From Carcharhinus amblyrhynchos (Eukaryota), in NCBI GenBank assembly GCA_965287045.1, contig OZ336885.1:66154001-66218000 (forward strand): DNA of 64,000 nt, written 5' to 3'. The notes beneath the pieces were generated by a model. The model was not told the DNA's origin. It made no database searches and saw only the letters and a list, made by a program, of their open reading frames with translations. This document shows, piece after piece, positions 57,608-63,154 of the stretch (its first letter is position 1; the number at the start of each line of letters is the position of its first letter). A program made the translations under genes and the position numbers.

Positions 57608-60600
57608 ACCACCTACACTCTCTGACAAACTCGGAGAGAAACTTATGGTTGTTTATATTTAAGTGTGTAATGCCGGCTTCTTAATGAAATTCATATCAGG
57701 GCATGGGCTGTTCAAGTGCGTGTTCTCCAATCGTGGCGTTGCATTCTGTGTTCCCTCAGGTGGCTTTATAGGTTGTTTGAGAACAACCAGGCGATTAGCA
57801 AAGAGATAAGTTGAATCGTACTATACGACAAGTGTTGCAGCATATGTCCGAGGAATGTTAAATACCACCAATGTTTAAATTATAAATTACAGCAATGATA
57901 CCTGTGGTCGGCAGAAGGCCTCCGTGGCTTGTCCGCAGCATCCTTGTTATTCATCTTAGTACCATATGCCAGATGGGTGAAATATGGAACGACACTATCA
58001 TCAGAATGACTAGCTAGATGGATTTTCTGAGCACTGATGCAGCATTTATTTTCCAGCCCAAACATGCTGAACTAAATGACGACCACATCCTGAATTTTTG
58101 TTTTGTGACGGTTGCCCGCATCGACATTAGCATACTTTTAGATTCTGCAGAGTCATTCACTGATGGATTTTTTAAATTGCATTTTAGTTCTAAGCGACTG
58201 CCCAAAATCGCTGAAGGACTTAGGTAAGGCAGATTTTCCGTATGCCTACCTACTCTTTGTAGCGCATTGCATTATTTGTTTCATTTTATTTTGTTAATTG
58301 TATTCAAAGCTGTTTCAATTAATTTGTAACTGCAACAACGTCCAGTGTTAAGGTATGTCAGGCTGCCCGCGAAGCTAAGGCTGGCACTATCGTTTTCTCA
58401 AAGCGCCAGTGCCCAGTTTCGAATACCGGCTTGGGTCACTGTCTGCACGGTTTTTACAGGGTCGCTCCGTGTTCGTCAACTATGTGTGCTCTCCTTTCCT
58501 GCCACAGTCCGAAAGATGCGCTTCTCAAGTTCATTGGCCATGCTAAATTTTCCCTCTCTCTATCTAATTAGGCGTCCAACTGTGGTAACTGGGGGATTGT
58601 CAGCGTAACTGAATTATCTTATACTATTTTGGGACATGAACAAGTGAAATAAACCTTCAGATAAAGAGTCATAATGTGATGGAAATAGAAGGGAATGCAT
58701 TCATGATTGTATAACAATTAATTGACTATGCTCATTTTTTCATGACAACTTTGACGTCCATCGAATACCGTGGGCAGCAGATTTTTCTAATGGCAAAAGG
58801 GCAGAATTCTCATTTATGATGTTTGTTGTAGGGAAGGCATTCCGTTCCGCCAGTGACTTCAGTATAATACTTTGGTGTGGAATTTTATGGCCAAATTGTC
58901 CTGAAGCATACATTTTACAGCAATATTGAAGACAAATTTTCAGGCCTTTATTTGCCAGAAGTTATGTTTGTCAACCTAATTGTCATTTGTGAATGTATGT
59001 TACACGGTTTACTTTCGTTGATACATCCTTTAAGTAACTGGTTGCACTCAAGTTATGCAACCATCTTGAACACAAAGAACGTGAAGAAATTCGTAACATC
59101 CCTACTCTTCGAGCTACTTTTAATAACTTTGCATTTGATGGTTTCCCGATTCACAACAGAAGCAAAACAGAAGTCAAAAGAAAATGGTTAACACTTACTG
59201 AAAATAAACTTATACTTATGTCCTTGCTAGAATCGTTAATTTTCGTCACTGTGCAAAGATTCTTCACAAATTAGTGGTATAAATCATGACTGGAATTAGG
59301 AAAGGTTCTACGAAATGGAGTTATTCAATAAAGCTAGAAGGGAGGTTTTTTTGTACTTTGAAAATTCGAGAATGATTGATATGAAGATAAGATATTCGTC
59401 GACAAATACAATGATCGTTCCATACAAAATGTCTCGACGTGGCTTATTGGCAACTCGGTCTTCGAGACAATAGTGAATATTTTGTTTTGGTGGAGCAAAT
59501 GTGATTTTGAGATGTTAAATGTATGCATTGACGAAAATACTGCGGAAGATTCTAATGACAGGTTGAAGCAAAATCGGGATGGGAAGCTGTTTTTGTGTGT
59601 TCAGCAGTGCTGCTGTTAATTTGTGTCATATGTTCAGATGTTTGCCTCCCATTCGCTTCACTACATTATTGAGATTACAGTGTCATTTATTGCAAGAAAT
59701 GCCCAAATTGGATCATGACAACTTTAACCATTCCTTGTTTTGAAGAGAAAAGGGGGAAAAAAACACATAGGACATAATGTATGGACAGCAGGATGATGCT
59801 ACTTTAGATGCGATCCAAGTTAGTCTGAAGGTTATTATTCACACGTAAAAAAAATACATTGATATTCTAGGAAAATAGACATGAAAGATAATTTCGGCAC
59901 AGCTTTTCTCTGCACAGTGTGAATGGTGTGGAAAATTGGATTTGGAACCAAAAACAGTTTGTGAGTTCCGAATAAAATGCGTGTACTGAATTCCAAAACC
60001 AACATGAATGCAACCGAATTCCTCCCTTGCAAGCAACAGACACGAGATACGAATAAGTTTTTTTTCCGTCACCCGGCATATCAGAGTTCAACTCCATAAT
60101 AAACCTGCTTCCATTCAGTTATATAATGTTCCATTTATTAAATTTTGTGTTATTGCTCAAAGACCGGATTTTAAAAAAATCATAACATTTATAATGCTTT
60201 GCCAGAAAGCAGTCAGCGACTGGAAACCGTGGAAGGTTAGATTTGTTCAGACGACCAGTAACTATGTGAAGCAGTTAGGTTTTACATATTGTCTTAAAGG
60301 AGGAAATCAAAATGGAAAAATGTAAAGTGCAGCCGTAGACGTATAGAGGGTTTTGTCAACTACGGTGGGGGAAATATAAATGACAATGCAAATTATGCCG
60401 TAGCTCGATAGTAAAAATGTTTGGGATGGTTGGGTACAAAAAGGTTACGAAAATGATCAATGGAAACGCTAGGGAACAATTTTGCAAACAGCGTGGGAGT
60501 TTTAAAATCAATATGTTGCATCAATGGAGCCAATACATACCAGCGTGTACAAGGGAGATTTCCAATATAATTGTTTCTAAGTGGGAACTCACGTGTAAGC

Positions 60601-63154
60601 TGACGACCATTTGCTCACGCTTTTGGGGAAAAGAGAGGCTGCGGAAAGTGTGACGCATCGCAGTAAATTGGGTCCCTATCACTTGAGAAGATAATTAATG
60701 GCAGCAGATTTAACGCAGAGAGGAGAATTACACAAGAAATGAATTGTTACAATATTGGCTACATTGGGGTAATAAGAAATATTGGGTGACATATTGTTTA
60801 TTTTGAGAAACAGCAAGGGAAAGTGATAACTTCCGAATGAAAAGATGTGCTCGGAGTGAGCTTGAACATCTGTTGATGCGAAATTAGAACTATAAAAAGA
60901 GTTCAGGAATAGGGCAAAAAAAAACATATAATGGAAAAAGGATCGTTGGAACACAGGTAGGGCGATAAGATTGCCCTACTCACCGTGGAAAAGTAATAAT
61001 TTAACAGCTCAACTAATTAAATAGTGCCTCTATGAATTCTGCACTTATGCAATAGGAGCAGTAGAAGGTAATTTATTTGTTTCAATCTATGTCTCCACTA
61101 AATCAGTTCTTCACTGATCTGTTTGTGTTTTGCTCCACCTTTCAGATGCAAGTGGGACAACCTTTGATTCCCTAGCCCCATAGCAATGTTTTTTTTTTAA
61201 TTTCAGCCTTTAAAAGATACTCTAATATCCCATGTGTCCATTCACGAGCAGGTTGTTCCGAAGACCTAAACCCTCTGACAGAAAAGTATGTTTTTCTCTG
61301 TTTTAAACTTGTTTATTTTAACGTGGCGTTTTGGCCCTTCAACACAAAAATCATATTAAGCTCTCATTATAAGGTCACGATTGCCTAACGTATACATGGC
61401 GTGAAGGATGGTTACAAAATAGAAACTACATGTGCCAAATTAATCCCGTTCCCTAACAACGGTCTGGGTCTACATTTGCAAGAAGTGTTTCTGAATCTTC
61501 CGTTGCTGTCAGTGAAAAAACAATCAAATGTTGTTCCAATACTTTGCTTTCTGGAGACTTGCAAGTGTTAATTTTCTTAACATTAGGTTCTCTTGAACAT
61601 GTTAATACATTCAGCTCTTCGAATTTGATGACCTGTAAGAGAAGTACAGTATGCAATCAATGACTGGATTAATACGCAATTGTAAATTTTATGTGTGGTT
61701 AAAAATTCATTTGTTGCACACTGAACATGTCCGTGGAGAAACATGCGCCTTCGAGGAAAAACAAGTGCGCGAGTAACGAAATGCATTTGAGGCGCTTCCA
61801 ATCAATGATGAGTATCACTTAAACTTCAGTAATTCAATGCTAAAGCAACAAACGTAACATGCTCATGAAAATGAAAATTCCAAAACATCAAAAGAGAAGG
61901 TTTTTTTTGAAAAAACATATCGATATGGCTAGTTGAAACCAGTCGTAGGATTGCTGGAGAGTTTAAAATGCAAGTTTTCGAGCGGGATGGGATGGCGATT
62001 AGTTCCCGTGTCCTTTAATGTATTTAAACGAAATACACAATCCTATGTGGTATTAATGCAAACAGAGCGAACCATGTAACGTACTTAAACATTAGTAATT
62101 AATGCTACAAGTATGCTTTCATCTTTACTGCAATTATTTAACTGTTAAAAAATCCTAGTCGCTAGCTTCGACATCTTGTTGGATACATTGAGGGATAATT
62201 TACCATGGCAACGCAGTTAACAAGTACGTGTTTCGGGCTGTGGGAAGAAACCAGTGTTTCCGGCCGAAAACCATGCAGACACCGGGAGAATGTGCACAAT
62301 GCACAATGATAGTTATCAAAACCGGGAATCAAATCCGCCTCCGTGGCGTTGTGATGTACTGTGCCACAGTGTCGCCAGATGGCCAGAAATGAGTGTTTAT
62401 GAATGCCCTTTCCAAGAAGCCATTTGCCAGCAACCATCTCAGCAATGACTGGACTCACAGTGCCCAATTTTGTAATCCTAAATCTGACAATGTTGGCACA
62501 CAATATACATTACAATCATGTATTCAATTAACAACAAAACTAACTTTGAAAATTTCTCCCCCTCAACTGAAAGAGTCAGGTAAATATCTTTATCAGATCC
62601 GCTTTAGCTCAGTCTGTAACACGTTTAATGCGAGTCTTAATTTTTGAGTGTCAAATGTCGCTCAAACCTAAACCAATATATTGAAGCTGGCACTGCAATT
62701 GCCAAAGTTGGGAGAGTGTAGACGTTGCGCAGATGTTATTATTACAATGAAATAATAAACTAAGGTTATATAGGGCCAAATTTAAGAATTGGGGCAGCAG
62801 CGTGTGCGACATAAAAACGAAAGACCAGCGCCTCATTTCGAAATTAGGTTTTGCTTTGAACTGTAGTTTGCTGGCGCAAGCAGGACATTAGTCAGTTCAT
62901 TATACCACAAAAAGTTCACTACTGGATGTAAATTATATTGAAAAGCTCTGATTCGCGAAATATATTTAAAATTACAAAACCCTTTCACCGGCAAGTTTGT
63001 GAATGTTAAGGGAAAGTTCCGTCGGGCTGTGGGCCAGCAGTAGCGAAATTGTAAGTAACAAAAAAAATAGGAAAATGCATTGGCAATTATTGACCACATG
63101 TTTTGCGGTGATTTTCAGAAATAAAAACCCTCAAGGTTACAGTTCATGAATACG
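10341..63154 (+). CDS. Partial multi-micro-exon gene (23 exons, 708 nt, ~236 aa) encoding a long heptad-repeat coiled coil; both ends outside the window
   Basis: Spliced translation: xLATNQETIDDL GDKLKSKNA DVAKYTELLKVL EDKVKVKTS DLTKCQDTLEDL EEKLKKKGK EEKRLFEYANEL EGKLKAKGQ ELMKFQDDLEDS EDKLKEKEK EIGVYQKALTEA EKNLKEKNK DFAKLQHDFDNL VAKYNAKEK ELFACTSLLEDA ERKVKSVQK ENEKYQEKC QNELNQKAA EIEQLNNKLNEF VKTMK VLSDCPKSLKDL EAKQKSKEN EIKTLKVTVHEY. No stops; all junctions phase 1; hydrophobic residues mostly at positions 2, 5, 9, 12 and 16 of each 21-aa unit. Confidence 0.88.
13072..13098 (+). CDS. Micro-exon 2, type B, 27 nt: (G)DKLKSKNA
   Basis: tcctcatttgttcctgaacag|GGGATAAATTGAAATCGAAGAACGCAG|gtaagc. 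Confidence 0.88.
13693..13815. mobile_element. Short MITE-like element with ~26-bp imperfect terminal inverted repeats
   Basis: Left end GCCAGAGATTTACCGCCTCGTCTGCC versus reverse complement of right end GCAGGAATTTTACCACCTCTCCTGCC (~19/26 match). Confidence 0.55.
14490..15730. repeat. CA-rich low-complexity region (decayed ACAC/GCAC microsatellite field)
   Basis: Dense acacac/gcacac/acagac motifs with a pure (CA)n at ~15427-15444; resumes briefly after the CR1 at ~17835-17890. Confidence 0.75.
15735..17830 (+). mobile_element. 5'-truncated CR1 LINE (ORF2 RT to 3' tail), multiple stops and frameshifts
   Basis: SPGPNGMHPRLLK; GVPQASVLGPQL; KFADNT; WQVEYNVGKCEVIH; TRGHCLKI..RRNFFTQRVVNLWNSL; tail TTCTTATGTTCTT. 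Confidence 0.92.
17932..17967 (+). CDS. Micro-exon 3, type A, 36 nt: (D)VAKYTELLKVL
   Basis: ttttgttccag|ACGTAGCTAA...AGGTGTTAG|gtaaga. Confidence 0.88.
18155..18181 (+). CDS. Micro-exon 4, type B, 27 nt: (E)DKVKVKTS
   Basis: ttccattcacctttacag|AAGATAAAGTGAAAGTGAAAACCAGTG|gtaagt. Confidence 0.88.
18590..18890 (-). mobile_element. CR1 3' fragment
   Basis: GAATTCCACAGCTTCACCAACCTTTG..AAGAAGTTCCTCC..CTAGTTCTAGATTCACCCGCCAGTGGAAGC is the reverse of the CR1 ORF2 end. Confidence 0.8.
19910..19945 (+). CDS. Micro-exon 5, type A, 36 nt: (D)LTKCQDTLEDL
   Basis: ttcttctaaatttcag|ATTTAACAAA...GAAGATCTAG|gttggg. Confidence 0.87.
20522..20548 (+). CDS. Micro-exon 6, type B, 27 nt: (E)EKLKKKGK
   Basis: gcttacaacag|AGGAAAAGCTGAAAAAAAAAGGGAAAG|gtattt. 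Confidence 0.87.
21466..21501 (+). CDS. Micro-exon 7, type A, 36 nt: (E)EKRLFEYANEL
   Basis: ttttgtctgttacag|AAGAGAAAAG...AACGAATTAG|gtgagg. Confidence 0.86.
   Translation, partial: KRKGCSNTQTN
22545..22815 (-). mobile_element. HE1-like SINE
   Basis: TCTTTGGACTGTGGGAGGAAACTGAAGCACCGGGAGGAAACCCACGCAGAC..CTCCACACAGACAGTGACCCA. Confidence 0.8.
23190..23715 (+). repeat. Degenerate direct repeat: two ~105-bp copies about 420 bp apart
   Basis: GATATCCGGACGGATTACATGGAGAAAGAGG..TCTCCCCAAAAACATGCCATTAACATATC (~23190-23293) versus AATATCCGAACAGATTTACAGGGGAGATGGAGG..TCTCCCCAACAACCTGCCATTAACATATC (~23608-23712). Confidence 0.6.
24224..25143 (+). mobile_element. Solo LTR (~920 bp)
   Basis: Termini TGTGGTAAAC...GTTTCACACA (8/10 inverted match); TATA-like TAGTATAAAG ~25001; AATAAA ~25075; target-site duplication imperfect, so the end is uncertain by ~2 bp. 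Confidence 0.65.
25709..25735 (+). CDS. Micro-exon 8, type B, 27 nt: (E)GKLKAKGQ
   Basis: attattttcaacag|AAGGAAAACTGAAAGCAAAAGGTCAAG|gtaact. Confidence 0.88.
26560..28455 (+). mobile_element. Old, highly decayed CR1 ORF2 fragment
   Basis: Remnants of RT motifs (KLAYDT ~27580); C-terminal GHKSLK..VIGIWNSL ~28180-28270; tail CTCATTCTGTGCTG. Confidence 0.65.
29075..32700 (-). mobile_element. Cluster of nested CR1 fragments: two 3' ends, RT C-terminus, endonuclease and ORF1 esterase remnants
   Basis: ORF 29894-30295 (MHFGRTN..LGRPNLEYCVHFWSP..ERVQRGF); ORF 30908-31144 (ITETCL..QGCSAFRKDR; APE endonuclease); ORF 32016-32198 (PVVVFHVVTNDI; SGNH-like ORF1). Confidence 0.85.
31392..31735 (+). mobile_element. 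HE1-like SINE inserted in CR1
   Basis: GGGCGGCGCAGTGGCACAGCGGTTA..GCCTCACAGCG..TTCAATTCC (tRNA A/B-box-like head); CTGTCTGTGTGGAGTTTGCA; tail ATGGCCTCCTTCTGCACTGT. Confidence 0.85.
32850..33760 (-). mobile_element. Old CR1 3' fragment
   Basis: GGTAGTGAATTTCACAAATTCATC..GAAGGAAATTCTT..AACTGCACGCAGTACTGGAGGTG (reverse of the EYCVQF region). Confidence 0.65.
33860..33895 (+). CDS. Micro-exon 9, type A, 36 nt: (E)LMKFQDDLEDS
   Basis: atacttttgcttgccag|AGCTGATGAA...GAAGACTCAG|gtgaga. Confidence 0.88.
34898..34936. repeat. (TG)n microsatellite
   Basis: Near-perfect TG run with one CG interruption. Confidence 0.9.
35543..35569 (+). CDS. Micro-exon 10, type B, 27 nt: (E)DKLKEKEK
   Basis: aattctctcctgagcag|AGGACAAACTGAAGGAAAAAGAGAAAG|gtacat. 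Confidence 0.87.
36336..36680 (+). mobile_element. HE1-like SINE
   Basis: GGCACAGTGGTTAGCACCGCTGCCTCACAG..CTCGATTCCCGGCCTG..TCCCACTGTCCAAAAAAGTGCAGGTTAGG. Confidence 0.85.
37080..37420 (-). mobile_element. HE1-like SINE
   Basis: GCATGGCCAATCCACC..GAGGAAACCACAGCACCCAGAGGAAACC..CTGGCTGTGAGGCAGTAGTGCTA. Confidence 0.7.
38266..38560 (+). mobile_element. HE1-like SINE
   Basis: GGGTGACACGGTGGCAAAGTG..GGGTCTCAATCCCGGCTTTG..GCATTGGTCATGCTAAATTATCTCCCAGTGTAGCCGAATAGGCGCC. Confidence 0.7.
39596..39631 (+). CDS. Micro-exon 11, type A, 36 nt: (E)IGVYQKALTEA
   Basis: tttcattttcctgcattgtag|AGATAGGTGT...ACTGAGGCAG|gtgagt. Confidence 0.87.
40562..40588 (+). CDS. Micro-exon 12, type B, 27 nt: (E)KNLKEKNK
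   Basis: tctgtttttacctcatggtag|AGAAAAATCTCAAAGAAAAAAATAAAG|gtatct. Confidence 0.86.
41918..42725. mobile_element. SINE 3' half (minus strand, ~41918-42120) adjacent to an old CR1 3' fragment (plus strand, ~42120-42725)
   Basis: CATAGAAACCCTACAGTGCGGAAAGAGGCC..GGACACTAAGGGGCGATTTAGCATGGCCAATC; then ELYRTFVRSYLEH..YLKKDV (CR1). Confidence 0.7.
42780..42815 (+). CDS. Micro-exon 13, type A, 36 nt: (D)FAKLQHDFDNL
   Basis: ttgttatctgtattacag|ATTTTGCGAA...GACAATTTAG|gtcaga. Confidence 0.86.
   Translation: MLRNFNMILTI
42875..43215 (+). mobile_element. Decayed HE1-like SINE containing a C-run
   Basis: GCACGATGGCA..GTCTTGGGTGATTGCCTGTCTCGAGTTTGCACTCTCCC..ATGCTCTTTCGGA. Confidence 0.6.
43531..44168 (+). 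mobile_element. Solo LTR, 638 bp, with perfect 4-bp target-site duplication
   Basis: CCAG|TGTTA...TAACA|CCAG (TSD at 43527-43530 and 44169-44172); TATA-like GGTATAACT ~44009 suggests plus orientation. Confidence 0.85.
44325..44351 (+). CDS. Micro-exon 14, type B, 27 nt: (V)AKYNAKEK
   Basis: ccatttactcttacccag|TTGCCAAATACAACGCAAAAGAGAAAG|gtaagc. Confidence 0.87.
45340..45895 (-). mobile_element. CR1 3' fragment
   Basis: ORFs 45424-45720 (MRGYLI..LFPKVESSLTRGHRFK..LWNSLP) and 45717-45938 (IRPHLHYNVQFWLPH..ALERVQKIFTR). Confidence 0.88.
46170..47400 (-). mobile_element. Old non-LTR retrotransposon fragment (CR1/L2 clade)
   Basis: Begins GTCACTGGCTTGGCCA..CTAATTGTCCTT, resembling a common chondrichthyan LINE 3' end also seen at ~56570; too decayed to translate. 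Confidence 0.45.
47452..47487 (+). CDS. Micro-exon 15, type A, 36 nt: (E)LFACTSLLEDA
   Basis: cttgttcggtttcag|AACTATTTGC...GAGGATGCAG|gtgaat. Confidence 0.85.
47987..48013 (+). CDS. Micro-exon 16, type B, 27 nt: (E)RKVKSVQK
   Basis: ctgtttctttattcacacaattacag|AAAGAAAAGTAAAGTCAGTGCAGAAAG|gtgatg. Confidence 0.83.
48354..48380 (+). CDS. Micro-exon 17, shortened type A, 27 nt: (E)NEKYQEKC
   Basis: T-rich tract ...ttttcacag|AAAATGAAAAATATCAAGAAAAGTGCC|gtaagt; KYQ matches type-A positions 4-6. Confidence 0.8.
48700..49250 (+). mobile_element. CR1 3' fragment with tail
   Basis: KIQRKFTRMIPGM..SYEERLRSLGL..GLDRVDVEK; tail TCTGCTCCTATGTCTTATGCTCTTATG. Confidence 0.9.
51935..52095 (-). mobile_element. 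SINE fragment
   Basis: CTTTCGGACTGTGGGAGGAAAC..GGAGGAAACCCATGCAGAGATGGGGAGAACGT. Confidence 0.75.
52532..52558 (+). CDS. Micro-exon 18, type B, 27 nt: (Q)NELNQKAA
   Basis: cattctctattttcttgcag|AAAATGAACTCAATCAAAAAGCTGCTG|gtaaaa. Confidence 0.83.
52715..54190 (-). mobile_element. Relatively young 5'-truncated CR1 LINE (RT domain to 3' tail)
   Basis: GNYRPVRL; VTSGVPQGSVLGPQLFAIYIDDL..IFADDTK; WQMEYN; KKANRMLAFIARGIEYK; tail CATAAGAACATAAGAAATAGGAGCAGGAG at ~52715. Confidence 0.93.
54806..54841 (+). CDS. Micro-exon 19, type A, 36 nt: (E)IEQLNNKLNEF
   Basis: tatgttttgtttcag|AAATAGAACA...AATGAATTCG|gtaagc. Confidence 0.88.
55892..55906 (+). CDS. Micro-exon 20, shortened type B, 15 nt: (V)KTMK
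   Basis: catatttttgtcattggcag|TCAAAACAATGAAGG|gtaagt; best-supported phase 1-1 candidate found between A exons 19 and 21. Confidence 0.68.
57538..57612. repeat. Poly-C / (CCCCCA)n tract followed by a (CA)n microsatellite
   Basis: Seen directly in the sequence. Confidence 0.85.
58188..58223 (+). CDS. Micro-exon 21, type A, 36 nt: (V)LSDCPKSLKDL
   Basis: tttaaattgcattttag|TTCTAAGCGA...AAGGACTTAG|gtaagg. Confidence 0.85.
58370..58610 (+). mobile_element. Decayed HE1-like SINE
   Basis: TTCGAATACCGGCTTGGGTCACTGTCTG..CACAGTCCGAAAGATG..CATTGGCCATGCTAAATT. Confidence 0.7.
59160..59186 (+). CDS. Micro-exon 22, type B, 27 nt: (E)AKQKSKEN
   Basis: gtttcccgattcacaacag|AAGCAAAACAGAAGTCAAAAGAAAATG|gttaac. 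Confidence 0.8.
60100..60960 (-). mobile_element. Old L2-type LINE 3' fragment
   Basis: GTTAGGTTTTACATATTGTCTTAAAGGAGG resembles the reverse of the shark L2 3' region; very decayed. Confidence 0.45.
62130..62376 (-). mobile_element. HE1-like SINE
   Basis: GGGCTGTGGGAAGAAACCAG..AAAACCATGCAGACACCGGGAGAATGTGCA..CCGGGAATCAAATCCG. Confidence 0.75.
63119..63154 (+). CDS. Micro-exon 23, type A, 36 nt: (E)IKTLKVTVHEY
   Basis: ttttgcggtgattttcag|AAATAAAAAC...CATGAATACG|gtaagc; exon ends and donor resemble exon 19. Confidence 0.85.

Noticed and set aside
57760-57771. 12-nt segment GTGGCTTTATAG that would complete the 15-nt exon to 27 nt
   Set aside because: Encodes GGFI, incompatible with the coiled coil and the B consensus, and has a weak donor (GTTGTT)
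60206-60235. 30-nt AG..GT segment (E)SSQRLETVE
   Set aside because: Within a decayed L2-like 3' end, weak pyrimidine tract, and length does not fit the series
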